Source: the human T2T-CHM13v2.0 reference genome, Homo sapiens
Reading direction: 5' to 3' (one strand)
Length of the DNA: 64,000 bases
Assembly: GCF_009914755.1 (NCBI RefSeq)
Contig: NC_060927.1
Position numbers and translations under genes: made by a program. Below are positions 11,836 to 26,022 of this stretch, in pieces (within the stretch, counting starts at the first letter, position 1; each line of letters opens with the position of its first letter). The notes under the pieces are model-generated. The model was not told the origin of the DNA and searched no databases. It saw only the letters and a list, made by a program, of their open reading frames with translations.

Positions 11836-13544
11836 AAGTGCTAGCAGATTTTGACCTGCATGTGCTAGCAGTAGAAATATCCTCACCCTCTGACTCAGGG
11901 CATCAAATCTTATACTTCTTATCAGGAAGCAGTGAAAGGAAATGGAAGGAACAGAGATAGGCCCACGGCCAAAAGGGCCTGAGTTATGAAAAGAAATTGG
12001 TCAACTTGGTCTACATGAGGATATCTGGGAAGGACAAACTGCATAGATGTCCCGCCTCCCCACGTGCCAAAGAAATATTAATGGTGTATTTGCTCCACTA
12101 ACATTTGGTAGCAGAGGCAGTGTCTTGCCCCAGGCTTATTGCTAAATAATACAGAAGCTAGAAGGAAATGTAAGAAGAAAGTTGGGAATGTGAAACATGT
12201 GGTGAGGTCAGGACACACACACCCACATGCCCACACAACACATGACTATGTGGTTTTTTTCTATCACTGTGAACACAACTGCCATTTCTGTCACCATCAT
12301 TAATTAAGAATGAAAATTCTTAAAACTTGCTGCACCATTCATCTGTAGAGCTAAGTAGGATTATTCCGGGCTTTCAGCCCAAGTTTTCTAAAAGCCTAGC
12401 TGATTAAAAGGCATTAACATTTGTGTTTTGCCAACACTGATTATACTGATTGCTGGCAAGTGTTTATGTGATAACCAAGACCTAACAAGAGAGATGCAGA
12501 AAAGCACAGTGAGCATAACACTCGTATATAAGAGATACCCACCAGTTGCTGAAGTAATCGCTTCTTCCTTGGCAAAGGAAGAAAGTTAACTCATCGTGGT
12601 CTTCAAGGCACCTTCTAGGGCTAACATTTTATGACTCTGTTGAACAGAAAACTTTTCAGAAGGCATCTGCCGAATAACATGAATAAAAATGCTTCAAAGG
12701 CTAGTTACAAATTTTAAGTACTCCATACTCTATTTTTGCCTCTTTTCCTTCTGTTTCTTACCCGGTATTCATTTTTCATTAATATTGCTAAACAAAGAGG
12801 AGAGAAAGAGAAGTTTTATTAAGTCAAATTTGATGGGATAGAAAGTTGAAGTTCTGAGATTATGCACAGAATTTTCCCACATTTAGATTCTCTGAAATAT
12901 GTCTTTCTTCAGTGGCTTTGAACAGGAAGAGTTAGCTGTGATTTGAACCTTAGCAAGCTTAAAGATTGGTTGTAAAAGCACCTCTAAAGGAGAATGCTGG
13001 CAGAAAATGCAATGAACTTCTGCTAGAGACCTCAACACAGCTGAGAATCTGGAAATTTGTGCTATTTGTGATAAGAATTTAAGCAACCAAAAGTCTTTTG
13101 TTTTTTGAAAATGAAACAAAACAAAAAGCAGCGACTTGCAAGTATACAGGAAGCTTATCTCCTTCAGTTCAGGAGTATTTGTTTGCCAACTAAGGGTTAC
13201 TTTTCACAAATATAAAGTTAAGTCAACAACTTTCTTGGCATTTATGACACTATATATAAAAGAGCCTGTGAAATATGAAATGAACTTTTCAGGTTTTGAA
13301 ATTGATACACCAAGATTAGGAAAATAAACCATTTGATGAGTGTTTTGCTGGCTCATTTAAACTACATTCCCAGTCATAACTCTTGATTTCCCAAGCAAGG
13401 AAACAGAAAGAGAAAGAGAACACAGTATGTTCTGAACAGAACTGAGTGCTCCTTGCATGACTTAGGAGTTAGATCCACGTGAAACATTTATGCTTACCAT
13501 TACTTACCACTCCCATTGTTACTATTATTAATGTTGTACATTAG

Positions 13545-13875
13545 AATTAAGTAGTTTCCAGAGTGCTTTCATATATTTTTTTCTCATTTTTACATGACTT
13601 CCCAATACTGTGATGTAGATTAAACAGGAAGTATTCAGATATATTAAGTAATTTAGCATCCATCACCATTATCATCACCATCATCATCATTTAATGAGCA
13701 CTTACTATTTGCTAGGCCCTGCACTCAATGTCTTATATGAATCATCTCAGTTAATCTTCACAACAATTCTATGCAATTGGCATTATTATTGTCTGTGTTT
13801 TATAGAAGAGAAAACATGGTTGATTGGGAACTGGAATCTGGAGCTTATGAGACCAATTTCAGTGTTCTCTCCATA
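13545..13875 (-). mobile_element. MIR fragments with a (CAT)n-like repeat between them
   Basis: AGTGCTTTCATATATT; TTTAATGAGCACTTACTATTTGCTAGGC...TTTATAGAAGAGAAAAC. Confidence 0.7.
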
Positions 13876-14289
13876 TTGTTTTAATAAGAGTTTAAAAAGA
13901 ACAAAGAGAATCCTAAAGTTTCCAGTTCATTTCATATCAGTTTCTTTTAGACATAAATAAGACAAGAAAGAGACCATGAAAAGAAGGTTAAATTTTCAGC
14001 CTCTTCCCAAAATAAATACTTACAAAAATGCAATAGGCAAAAATATTTGCCATATCTTTTGGAATTTTGTAAATTGCAATAAACTTGCAATTCCACTGTA
14101 TTTGCAGCTAAATGCAAAATTCTACATTTAATCCTGCTACTGACCAAACCATGTCTTTTTGTTAAAAAAAACAAAAAAAAATGTCTCTGTTAAAAAGCCT
14201 GACAGTGTGGTGTAGCCTACCATGACTGATAAAGCTCTTGAGCTTCCAAACCAGCCTGGTTGCAGCTTGGTTGGTCTTTAACTAGGTCA

Positions 14290-14560
14290 GATTCAATTTC
14301 CACTCAGTAAGTCTTTAATCAGTGTCTACTACATGATTGGTGTCAGGAGATGTGGAAGTAGACAGAACACTGGTTGTTTCTGCTCTTCTGAAGCTTACAA
14401 TCAGACCAAGACAGATATAAGAGATGAATTATAGTGTAGTTTCACAACAGAAGATTTATCCTTGTCTTGGGACTTACAGGCACCTTCCCTGAAAAAAAAA
14501 TGGCATTTAGATGATACCTGAAGGAATGCCATTAGTCTGATGGAGAAATGGCATGAGGAC
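14290..14560 (-). mobile_element. L2 fragment
   Basis: CTCAGTAAGTCTTTAATCAGTGTCTACTAC...CTGCTCTTCTGAAGCTTACAATC. Confidence 0.55.
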
Positions 14561-15324
14561 TAGGAGACATTCACAAACTTAAGCAAAATTTACATCCCCC
14601 ATGAGATGAAGGAGTTTTCCATAACCTACTACAAGGTAGAGGTTTTGAAAGAGAAGAGGTTAATATATAAAAAGTCAATCTTTAAAACATTTTCCTTGGT
14701 CAAGAATTCTCACTCTGAAGAACCTAGTTTATAACTGCCTATTCTGGAAGGAGGATGAAAGCAACACACTACTGATGGTATCTTAGCTAATTGCAATAAT
14801 GGTTTCATCAGCATCAGGGAAAAAAAAGTAGGGTATGTATTTAAAAGCGCATAAGACAAGAAAGTACAGATTGAAAAAACTGATTGGAGAAGGAATAAAA
14901 ATAGAGAAAAGGGAGGAATACTCTAAATTAAATAGAATTATAGTAAGAAAAACTAAAAATTTTACTATGATGAGCTCTCAATTACTTGCACGTGGCTGGA
15001 ATAATTTACAACATATCATTCATATCATTCCATATTCATTTATACTGCACTTGGGACTACAAGGGAAGATTACATATTTGAGCAGATTCACTTTCCTATG
15101 TTTTGCTTAAGTTGGTTAAGACTATGTATGGGAAGCAAAAATACAGTAGAATCCTGGATTATTTTCCCTTCCCTTTGAATGTGAATTCCCAATTCACTTT
15201 AAAAATTATGCTTTTGTTTTGGATTGCTGAAGACACCAACTGACAGAATAAGAAAGCTGCCCATTGAGTGCTAGGAAAGGAAGAAACTGATAGCTTTCCA
15301 GAAGTAATCCATGCACTGAATAAC

Positions 15325-15592
15325 CTCTATTTGTCCACCTCTATACACACATCAATCTTTTCCACCCTGCTCTGTGCTCCAAAGGTTGACCTGCATCAAG
15401 GAGCCCCTTGAGCTTTCAATTGGGTGTGGTCAATGGGAAACACCAGTAGGAGATAAGAGAATGAGAGACCTATGAGATTAATGTACTCTACCTTCCCTGG
15501 GTGGTTTCCACTAAGGCTGCTCACACCCTCAAAAATAGTCCTGCATTAATCTCTCCTTAATGGCCTAAGCTTAATGTGCCATCTCTTTCCTC
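15325..15592 (-). mobile_element. LTR33-like (ERVL) LTR fragment
   Basis: CCACCCTGCTCTGTGC...GACCTGCATCAAGGAGCCCCTTG...GGGTGTGGTCAATGGGAAACACCAGTAGGAGAT. Confidence 0.6.
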
Positions 15593-17839
15593 ACCCCCAA
15601 AAATGGAAAAAGAAGTGCAATGCAAGGTTAAGGCAATGATGATAGACAAAGAAAAGGTATATTTATGAGATAGTATGTTAGATTAAGAAACCCATTTGAA
15701 AACATCTTTGAGAGATGTCCATTGTTTTCCTCTCATACCAAGAAGAGAGAGAACACCACATTAGAAGCAAATGAAAAAAGAGACAGCCAAACTATTTTGG
15801 ACTGTGATTCACAATAACCCCTGAGGGATGGGGCATTTGGAGGAACTATTTGGGAGGAGTTGAAGATAAGCACATTGAACATTTCTGTAGCCTTTAAAAA
15901 CAATAGTGCCTTCTAAATACTTACCTATGCAAATCTCCAGTGCCCTTTTCCCTCTTTGCCCAGGCTTAAGTAAACCAAGCCAAGATGACGTCAGTGGCCT
16001 CATTCTCACCTTCTTTCCTAAAGTGAATATTTTATAAGAATAGCTACCAATTTAGTAATCTTTTGAATAAGTATCAAGTTACAGACCTCAGTCTGCTGAT
16101 GGTATAATGAGAAATAATAATTTCTTATCTCTTTACAACCACTGTGGTAAAGTTCTATTGGCTTCGTCTCAGTTGTATACATTAAAAAAATACAATTTAG
16201 CTAGATGATAAATACTAACAAGTGAATCTCTCTCTAATATGTTTAAATCAATCATCAAATGTTTATTAACTACCTCTGCATCTTAGAGGGAAAAGAAGAT
16301 ATTATACTTCTTGAGGTAAAGCTGCTTATTTTAATGTCTCCCATCTTCCGGTGTTACTCCTTAAATAACAATGACAGCTAAATTATTTTTTCTCAGCCCA
16401 AGAATAATGCGTTGGGCTTCCTTTTTAATGACAACAATCTCTTTGTTGCCAAATGCTTCACGTCTTAAATAATGGCTTGGATCTTGGCTGCAATTACAAG
16501 ATAAGCTTTTTTCTCATAACCTTTTCACAATAGATTTTCATCATCTCATTTATAAAGAAAATCAAAATTTGCATTCAACTTTAAGCTCTTGTGTCTAAAA
16601 TTGGACACACCACTGGCACGTTTAGACAGTATTTATAAAGGAATAGAGTTTGCTTTAGAAGTTTTTATTTTTATTTAATTTTATCTCTAAAGGAAAAGAG
16701 AAGGAAAAATCTAATTGAAGTTAATAAAGAGCCAATAGAGGTTGAATGGCAAAGTGGCAGAGTAACTTAAAAGTGAAGACAATAAATATATTTCTATTAA
16801 GTACAGTGTGCTAAGTCCAAGATATTCCCCAAAAAATCTATTTACCTTACAACATTTCTCAGTAACATCTGAGATCCAGATAATATGGCCCTACATGGAT
16901 TTGATGTATAACAAAATGCATGTTGCCAGGTAATAAAGGCCACCATACCTATGAATTTGACACCGTGAGTGACATCTTCATTGCTCTGAATAAACCTCAC
17001 AATAATAGCCATGGTCTAATAAAATCAAGATGTACCTAGGAGTTAGCAAGAAACTTCTTTCAGGCAAAGTTGTCAGTTCAATTTTTCCAGAACCCAAGCT
17101 GGGACTTTGTATAACCTGAGAGTAAACATCCCTCAGGCCAGGACTTGAGAAATACCAAACTCTAAACTTGCGGAGAAGTGTCTGTTCCTGATCCGGTGTT
17201 CCAGCTTCCTGGCTTGCTCTAAATGTCTCCTTCCTTCAATATTAGGCAAGTATTGCCAGCTTTTATGGTAGGTGGGATTTGCCCATATTACAGTCTGAAA
17301 TCAGAGAAAACATTCAAAACTAAATGAGACAATGGCTAATTCAAAGGCAACATCTGTGGGAAATATGGTTGCAAACTAAGAAGGCAAGTTGTCTATCAGG
17401 AGACAAGTGATTCATAAATGTTTCTGGCAGGCACTCACACAGATGGAGTTGTACACACATGCTATTTTTTTTCCACTAAGATTTCTGCCTAACACAGAGT
17501 AAGTGATTGCAGGCCTGAGTGAATATGCATTGCAATCTGAAGCAAATGTAATGAACTTTCTGATCAAAGCACAATTGAATCTCTTTCCATGTGGAATTCA
17601 CAACTCTGGCTTCTTCCTTTCAGTAGGCAACTTGGGGAGATTCTCCACTGAAATGTTTGTGCAGGTGCAAATATTGTGACTTCCCTCCTGGAGGGGATTT
17701 CAACCTTGACAGGATATAGAGGGAAGAAAAGTCCTGTGCTTATTTCCCAAGAGCTCTAGAAAAAAAAATGCCATAAATCCTGTTTGGGCCTAGGGTTGAG
17801 ACATAGAGATGGTCTCTAAGTGAAAACATCACACACACA

Positions 17840-18012
17840 GAATTTGAGAATGGTGGAATTGGGGTCTTAAAAGTTCACAATCCAAACTTCTCATTGTACA
17901 GAAACTGAGATCCAAGAAAGTCAAATGATTCATAATTAGTCAATGAGGGAACCAGGATTAGAACCCAGTTGTCTTGATTCCTCTTGATTCCAAGTTTAGT
18001 AAGCTTTTTCCC
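17840..18012 (-). mobile_element. MIR SINE
   Basis: CTCATTGTACAGAAACTGAGATCCAAG...CCAGGATTAGAACCCAGTTGTCTTGATTCC. Confidence 0.7.
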
Positions 18013-18274
18013 CATTATGACATTGATTTTTTTTTCATTCATCAATTCATTGTCCACCATATGGCAAGCTATATTCTGAGTTCTGGACAAAGAACAAGCA
18101 ACAAGACAGAAAGAAGTTCTACCTCAATTAGTTTACATTCTTGTGGAAGAGATGAACAAAATTTAGATCAACAAATAGATAGTATCATGTCAGGTGGGTA
18201 AATGCTGCAAGGAGAATAAATGAAGGTCAAAGGATAGAGAATGATGAGGGGATGCTATACAAAAGAGATTAATC

Positions 18275-18568
18275 AGCCTGGGCATGGTGGCTCATGTCTG
18301 TAATCCCAGCACTTTGGGAGACTGAAGTGGGAGAATTGCTTGAGGTCAGAAGTTTGAGACCTGCCTGAGCAACATAGCAAGATCCCATCTCTATAAATAA
18401 AAAATTAGGCAGGTGGAGTGGCAGGAACCTGTAATGCCAGCTACTCAGGAAGCTGAGCTGAGAGCATCACTCAAATTGGGAATTTGAGGCTGCAATGAGC
18501 TATGATAGCTCCAGTGTACTCCAGCCTGGGTGATAGAACAAGATCTTGTGTCTAAAAAAAGAGAGAGA
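18275..18568 (+). mobile_element. AluJ SINE
   Basis: GCCTGGGCATGGTGGCTCA, J-type GAGGCTGCAATGAGCTATGAT, TSD-like TTAATCA on both sides. Confidence 0.9.
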
Positions 18569-18917
18569 GGTGAGGGTTAATCAAAGGAACTGTCTCCAAG
18601 TGATATTTAAGCAGACTCTGAATGAAGTAAGGGTGCAAGCCACACAAGCAATGTGGGAAGAACTGTCTCACTGAGAGAACAATATGTGCAAAGTCCAGGA
18701 AGCTGGAATGAGCTTAGCGTGTTTTTGTATGGCTGTCATGGAATAAATGAAGGTGAGGAGGAGTGAAGAGGAGGGCAGAGAGGCCACTAGAGGGCTTTCA
18801 GCAGGGAAACAATGACCTTATTCAGCTTTTTATAAGATTATTCTGGCTGTTATGTGAAGAATGGGGGAAAGAATAAGAGGAGATCCAAGAGGCCAATGAG
18901 GAAGCATCTCCCTAAAG

Positions 18918-19037
18918 CAGAAGTTAAGTTCTTGAGAGAAGGGGCTTTTATTTGACTTACTCATTGTTGCAAAATTAGCACCAAGAATAGTGCCTGATAC
19001 ATTACAAGCACCTTCTAAGTCTTTGCTGAACAAATGG
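18918..19037 (+). mobile_element. L2 3' end nested in the opposite-strand L2
   Basis: TAAGTTCTTGAGAGAAGGGGC...GAATAGTGCCTGATACA...TTTGCTGAACAAATG. Confidence 0.6.
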
Positions 19038-20172
19038 ACACCTGAGAGATGGAGCTAAGGAGAAAGTTGATAGTGGCTTGGACGAGGATAATAGCAGTAA
19101 AAACAATAAGAAATTTTTGGGTGGAAGTATGTTTTGAAAGTAGAAGTGACAAGAACAGTTTCAAGATTAAATGTGAATATTTTGTAAGAAAGAACTTAAG
19201 ATTGACTCCTAGGTTTATAGTCTAAGCCCACCAGGTGAATAGCATTGACTTCTCAGGTCAGTGGGAGAAATTAAGAATTCTGATCATGTTACATTTGAGC
19301 TATATACTTGTCTTTAAAATGAAAATATTGAGTAAGAAGTTGAATTAAGATGTCTGGAGCTCAGAGGAGAGATTAAGATTGGAGACATAAGTGGATAGTG
19401 TTTAAAATCATTGAACATAATAAGATGACCCAAAGAATAAGTGTGATGGGAAATTGATAAAGTCCAAGAAACTCTTGTCATTCCAACATTTACAGGTCAG
19501 TAATGAAAGGACCAACAAAGGATTTTTGATTAACACAAAATAATACAGATGAAGAAGCCTGAAAAAAAGAAACACCAAAAATTGTGGTGTGCTAGAAGCC
19601 AAGTGTGAAAGTGCATTTTAAAAAGGAGTGATAAACACTTTTAGTTGCTCCCAAAAGGTCAAGATAAAGACTGAGAATTGACCACAGAATTTGGGAACAC
19701 CTAGAGCACTGGTATTCAGTTTTCATGGCATGATGAGGACAAACCTCACTAAGTGAGTTCAAGAGGAAATGAAAGAAAAAAAAAGGGAGACAATAACAGG
19801 CAATCTTTGCAGAAATTTTGCCTCATATAAAGGGAGTAAAGAAATGGAGAAACAGCTGGAAAATAACAAGGAGATCAAAGGAGGGTTTCATGGGCTTTTT
19901 TTTTTTTTAAGTGCAAGACATTACAGCATGTTTACATGCTGATAGGAAGATCCAGTAGAACTGAAGGAATTCATGTTGGAAAGAAATGGGCAAGAGAAAA
20001 ATCTAGGTTAGACAACAGAAAACAAGATCCAGTGCACAAGTGGAGGACTTAACAGTAGAAAAGAGTAGACACAGTATATCTGAAAGGGACTAAAGGTACA
20101 ATATACTGGTACAGATATTATTTAGTGGTAGAAAAGAAAGTCCTTTTCTACTTGCTTCTTTTTCTCCAGTGA

Positions 20173-21419
20173 TAGGGAACTTTAAAAAGCCCATGGACAT
20201 GGAATTGAAAGATAAAAACTATGAAGTATTTCTTACCATAAGCCCCATCAAGTTCAAGATGCTTTTGTAACCAATGAAATCAGCCATGGTCTATCGCTAA
20301 AGAACTGAGGGTCTTGGGAATTTAACCATGTCACTGGAGACTTTTTTACAGTATTCACTGAAAAGAAAATGGGCACCTTTTACAGATTTTTTAAGATTGG
20401 GAAACAAAAAGAAGTTAGAAGAGGCAAATTAGGATGTTAATTGTGCCCCATTTAAATCCCAAAATTGTTCTTTGATGAGAGGAATGAGCAGGAGCACTTT
20501 CATGGAGGAGAAGGACTCTCTGGTGAAGCTTTCCGAGGCATTTTTCTGCAAAGCTTTGACTAACATTCTCAAAACACTTTAATAATGTTATCATTCTTTG
20601 GCATTCCAGAAAGTCAACAAGCAAAATATCTTAAGCATCCCCAAAAAACTGATTCCATGAACTTGGTTCTTGACTGGTCCATTTTTGCTTTGACTGGACC
20701 AATTCCACTGCTTAGTAGCCATTGCTTTGATTGTACTTTGTATTCAGGATCATAGGTGAAGCCACTTTCAACCTCCTGTTAACAATACTTCAGAGAACTT
20801 CTTCAGGATCTTAATCTCACTGCTTTAAAATTTCCATCAAAAGCTTCGCTCTTATCTGCAGCTGATCTGGGTGTAATGATTTTGACCCTAGTTGAGTACA
20901 AAGTTTACTCAACTTTAATTTTTCCATCAGAATTGTGTAAGCTGGGCCAGCTGAGATGGCTATGGTGTTGAAAATTGTTTCTGCTGTTAATCATCAATCC
21001 TCTTCAATTTGTGCAAATGAGATTAATTTTTTTCCTCACAAATTGATGGGGTTGGTTTGCCACCGTGGGCTTCATCTCCAACATTGTCTCATCCTTTCTC
21101 AAAATGAGATATCCATTTTTAAACTGCTGATTTCTTTGGGGGTTTTCCCCCATAAACTTTTCATAAAGCATCAATAATTTCATCATTCTTTTATGCAAGC
21201 TTCACCATAAATTTGTTGTTCTGACTTCAATTTTAGCAGGATTCGTGTTACACTGACAGGAGCTCTTTTTAAATTGATTTCTTATCCTTGTTAGTGTCTT
21301 CAACTAGATTCCATTCAGTCATGTTACAATAAGTTAGTACAAGTTTATTTTGGTACAAAATTTTGAAATCCATGCATAGTTTTTTTGTAATATGCATTTC
21401 CCACGAACATTTGAAGACA
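20173..21419 (-). mobile_element. HSMAR2 mariner DNA transposon, near full length, inactivated transposase
   Basis: Degenerate TIRs at both ends (GGGAACTTTAAAAAGCCCATGGACATGG and GCATTTCCCACGAACATTTGAAGAC). Minus-strand remnant KLHQRVLLLHESAPAHSSHQ corresponds to the mariner HDNAPAH motif. Confidence 0.9.
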
Positions 21420-22710
21420 AACTGAATAACAAAAAGGTCATCAACTGAGAACAATGGGAAGGAAAGAGTAGCTGAGATATGAAGAAAAGGGAGAAAGTGA
21501 GAAAATGTGTAGGACATTGATTTCTGGCAAGATACTCTAGGTAGCAGCAGCAGAGAGTGAAATAGCATCGGAAAACATCAAATGCAGTCATTAAGTGGCC
21601 AAAGAATGGGGAACATCTGTGGGGCCAGGTGTGCACATATAAGGGGGAGAGGTGGGCTCCAAATAAGAAAAAAAAAATTAAGAAAAAAGAGGCAGGAGTT
21701 GTTTTAGACAATTTCTACCTACTTCAAATCCAGCTGCAAAGCTAGTAGAAGAAAGGAAATAACTAAAATCAGAAAAGAACTAAATGAAATTGAGACCCAA
21801 AAGTCCATTAAAAAGATCAATAAAATCAGGAGTTCGTTCTTTGAAAAAATAAGCAAAATTGATAGATCATTAGCTTGATTAACAGAGACGATCCAAATAA
21901 GCACAATCAGAAATGAAAAAGATGATATTACAACTGATCCCACAGAAATATAAAAGATCCTCAGAGACTATTATAAACATCTCTATGCACACAAATTAGA
22001 AAATCTAGAGGAATTCATAAATTTCTGGAAATACACAAACTCCCAAGATTGAATCAGGAGGAAAGTGGAAAGAGACAAATAATAAGTGTAAAAATGGAAT
22101 CAGTAATAAGAAACCTATCAACCAAAAAGAGCCCTGAACCAGATGGATTCACAGCCAAATTCTACCACACATAGAAATAGCAAATGATACCAATCCTACT
22201 GAAAAATCGAGGAGGGGCTTGTCCCTAACTCATTCTTTGAAGCCAGCATCAGCCTGATATCAAAATCTGGAAGAGACACAATGAACCAAGAAAACTTCAG
22301 GCCAATATCCTTGATGAACATGGACATAAACATCCTTAACAAAATACTAGCAAACAAAATTCAGCAGCACGTCAAAAAGTTAATTCATCTTAATGAAGAA
22401 GGCTTTATTTCTGGGATGCAAGATCGGTTCAACATATGCAAATCAATAAATGTGATTTACCACATGAAAGAATTAAAACCAAAAACCATACAATCATTAG
22501 AGTAGGTGCAGAAAAAGCCTTCAATAAAATCCAATATCCCTCATGACAAAAAACCCTCAACAGACTAGCATCAAAGGAACATACCTCAAAATATTAAGAG
22601 CCATCTATGGCAAACCCACAGCCAACATCATGCTGAATGAGCAAAAGCTGGAATCCTCCCCTTGAGAACTGGAACAAGACAAAGATGTCCACTCTCACCA
22701 CTTCTATTCA

Positions 22711-23057
<347 letters not shown>

Positions 23058-23277
23058 CTAGCCAGAGCAAAATTGGAAAAGAAGTCAAACTGTCTCTTTT
23101 TGCCAATGTTATGACTCAATACATAGAAAACCCTAAAGACACTGCCAAAAGGCTTCTGGAACTGATAAATGACACAAAGTTTCAGGATACAAAATAAATG
23201 TACAAAAATCAGTAATATTTTTATACATCAATAGTGTTCTAGCTGAGAACCAAATCAAGAACACAATCGCATTTTCA

Positions 23278-23595
<318 letters not shown>

Positions 23596-23736
23596 GTGTA
23601 ACTGTTATTTTATTTTCCTATCCCCTACCTTATATCCTTTTAGTGGCTTTTAATTGCATCTAGGGTAAAAACTTAGATCATTACTGTTAGCATAGTCAAC
23701 AAAGCTATTGAGTTTTGCCTGTCTATAGCCAGTGAA

Positions 23737-23800
23737 GTTGCAGTGAGCCAAGATCGTGCCATTGCACTCCAGCCTAAGCAACAAGAGAAGAAAAAAGGAA
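23737..23800 (+). mobile_element. Alu 3'-end fragment (Sp/Sq-like)
   Basis: GTTGCAGTGAGCCAAGATCGTGCCATTGCACTCCAGCCTAAGCAACAAGAG plus A-rich tail, after which L1 resumes. Confidence 0.88.
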
Positions 23801-26022
23801 AATTAAATATCTAAGAATTTCTCTAACAAAGGGGTGAAAGATCTCTACAATGAGAACTACAAAACACTACTGAAAGAAATCAGAGATGACACAAATAAAA
23901 TGGAAAAATATTCCATGCTCATGGACTGGAAGAATTAATAAAATTAAAATGGCCATATTGCCCAGTGCAATTTTCAGATTCAACACTATCCCTATAAAAA
24001 TACCAATATCATTTTTCACAAATTAGAAAAACCTATTCTAAAATTAGTTGGGAATGAAAAAAGAGCCAAAGCAATTCTAAGCAAAAAGAACAAAGTCTGA
24101 GGCATCACATTGCCTGACTTCAAACTATACTACAAGGCCACAGTAATCAAAACACTATGGTACTAGAAAAAAAAAAAAGACATGTAGACCAGTGGAACAG
24201 AATAGAGAACCCACAAATAAACCTGCACACCTACAACCATCTGATCTTTGACAAAATCAACAAAAGTAACCAATAAGGAAAGGACCCCCTGTTCAATAAA
24301 TGGTGTTGGAATAACAGGCTAGCCATATGCAGAAGAATGAAACTGGACTGCTACCTCTCCCCATATACAAAAATTACTCAAGATGTATTAAAGATTTAAA
24401 TGTAAAACCCAAAACTATAAAAATCCTAGAAGAAAACCCAGGAATACCCTTTTTGACATAGGTTTTGGCAAATAATTTATGACTCTTTCCAAAAACAATT
24501 GCAACAAAAACAAAAATAGACAAATGGAACCTAATTAAACTAAACAGCTTCTGCACAGCAGAAGATATTACCAATAGAGTAAACAGACAGCCTACACAAT
24601 CGGAGAAAATATTTACAAACTATGCACCTGACAAAGTTCTTATATCCAGAATCTATACAGAATTTAAACTAATCCACAAGCAAAACCCAAAAAATCCAAT
24701 AATAAATGAGCAAAGGACATGAACAGACACTTCTCAAAAGAAGACATGTATATGGCCAACAAACATGAAAAATTACTCAACAACATCACTAATCATCAGA
24801 GAAATGCCAATCGAAACCACAATGTGATATCACCTCACACCAGTCAAGAGTGGTGATTATTAAATAACAAATGCTGGTGAGGCTGTGGAGAAAAGGACAT
24901 GCTTACAAATTGTTAGTGGGAATGTAAACTCCCACTATTTAGTTCAGTCCCTGTGGAAAGCAATTTGGAGATTTCTCAAAGAACTTAAAACAGAACTAGC
25001 ATTCAACCAAGCAATCCCACTACTGAGTATATACCAAAAGGAAAATAATTCATCCTGTCAAAAAGACACATATATGTATTCATTGCAGCACTATTCATTA
25101 GCAAAGACACAGAATCAACCTAAGTACCCATTAACAATAGACTGGATAAACAAAATATGGTACATATATACCATGGAATACTATGCAGCCCCATAAAAAA
25201 GAATGAAATCATGTTCTTTGCAGCAATACGGATGGAGTTGGAGGCCATTATCCTAAGCAAGTTAACCCAAGAGCAGAAAACCAAATACCACATATTGTCA
25301 TTTATAAGTGGGAGTTAAACTTTGAATACACATGAATGTAAAGAGGGGAACCACAGATACTGGGACAGTAGATGGGGGAAGGAGGGAGGAAGGTATAAAC
25401 TGAAGAACCACGTGTTGGGTACTAAGCTTACTGCCTGGGTGATGGGATCATTGGAACTCCACACCTCAACATCATTTAATTTACTATGTAACAAACCTGC
25501 ATGTGTATCCTGTAATCTATAATAAAAATTGAAATTATAAAAAAATTAAAGAGAACATCAAGATGGAATAGATAAATCTTGCTCATTATGGATATGAAAA
25601 TATTAAAAAGTAATAAAATATTTTTTCTGAATAAAGGAGGAAAGCATTTATCACCTAAAAGTATTAGTTCTTTCATTTGAATACCTCAAAATGAAAAAAT
25701 ATAGTCACACTCTGAGTCAACAATCACACTGACTCTGTAGGTCCATGAAGTAGGATCCATGAATACTATGACATTTAATTACACAGTAAAGCATTCTGTA
25801 TAGGAAAGATTAATAATGTAAGTTAATTACCTAAGAAAAATAATAGTAACAATTACAGAATTATATTTTCCTTCAGTGTGCTTGAGAGTATAATAATTGG
25901 AAAGACTTACTCATTTAATCTGAATAGTTCTATTATTTATTCTCTATGGTGGTTTTTATTTTTAGATGCTTCGTTTTTATGGAAGGTTTTAATTAATTCC
26001 TTTTATTGTTTCATTAATCTTT

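Larger units (their letters stand above)
18035..21560 (-). mobile_element. Long L2 LINE interrupted by AluJ, an opposite-strand L2 3' end and HSMAR2
   Basis: TTCATTCATCAATTCA tail, GAGAACAATATGTGCAAAGTCC, GGAGCTCAGAGGAGAG, GGTCAAGATAAAGACTGAGAATTGACCA; continues after HSMAR2 as AAGGTCATCAACTGAGA. Confidence 0.8.

Noticed and set aside
12061-14994. Three CACGTG E-boxes within ~3 kb
   Set aside because: Only a handful occur in the whole window, which is compatible with chance, and there is no other promoter evidence.
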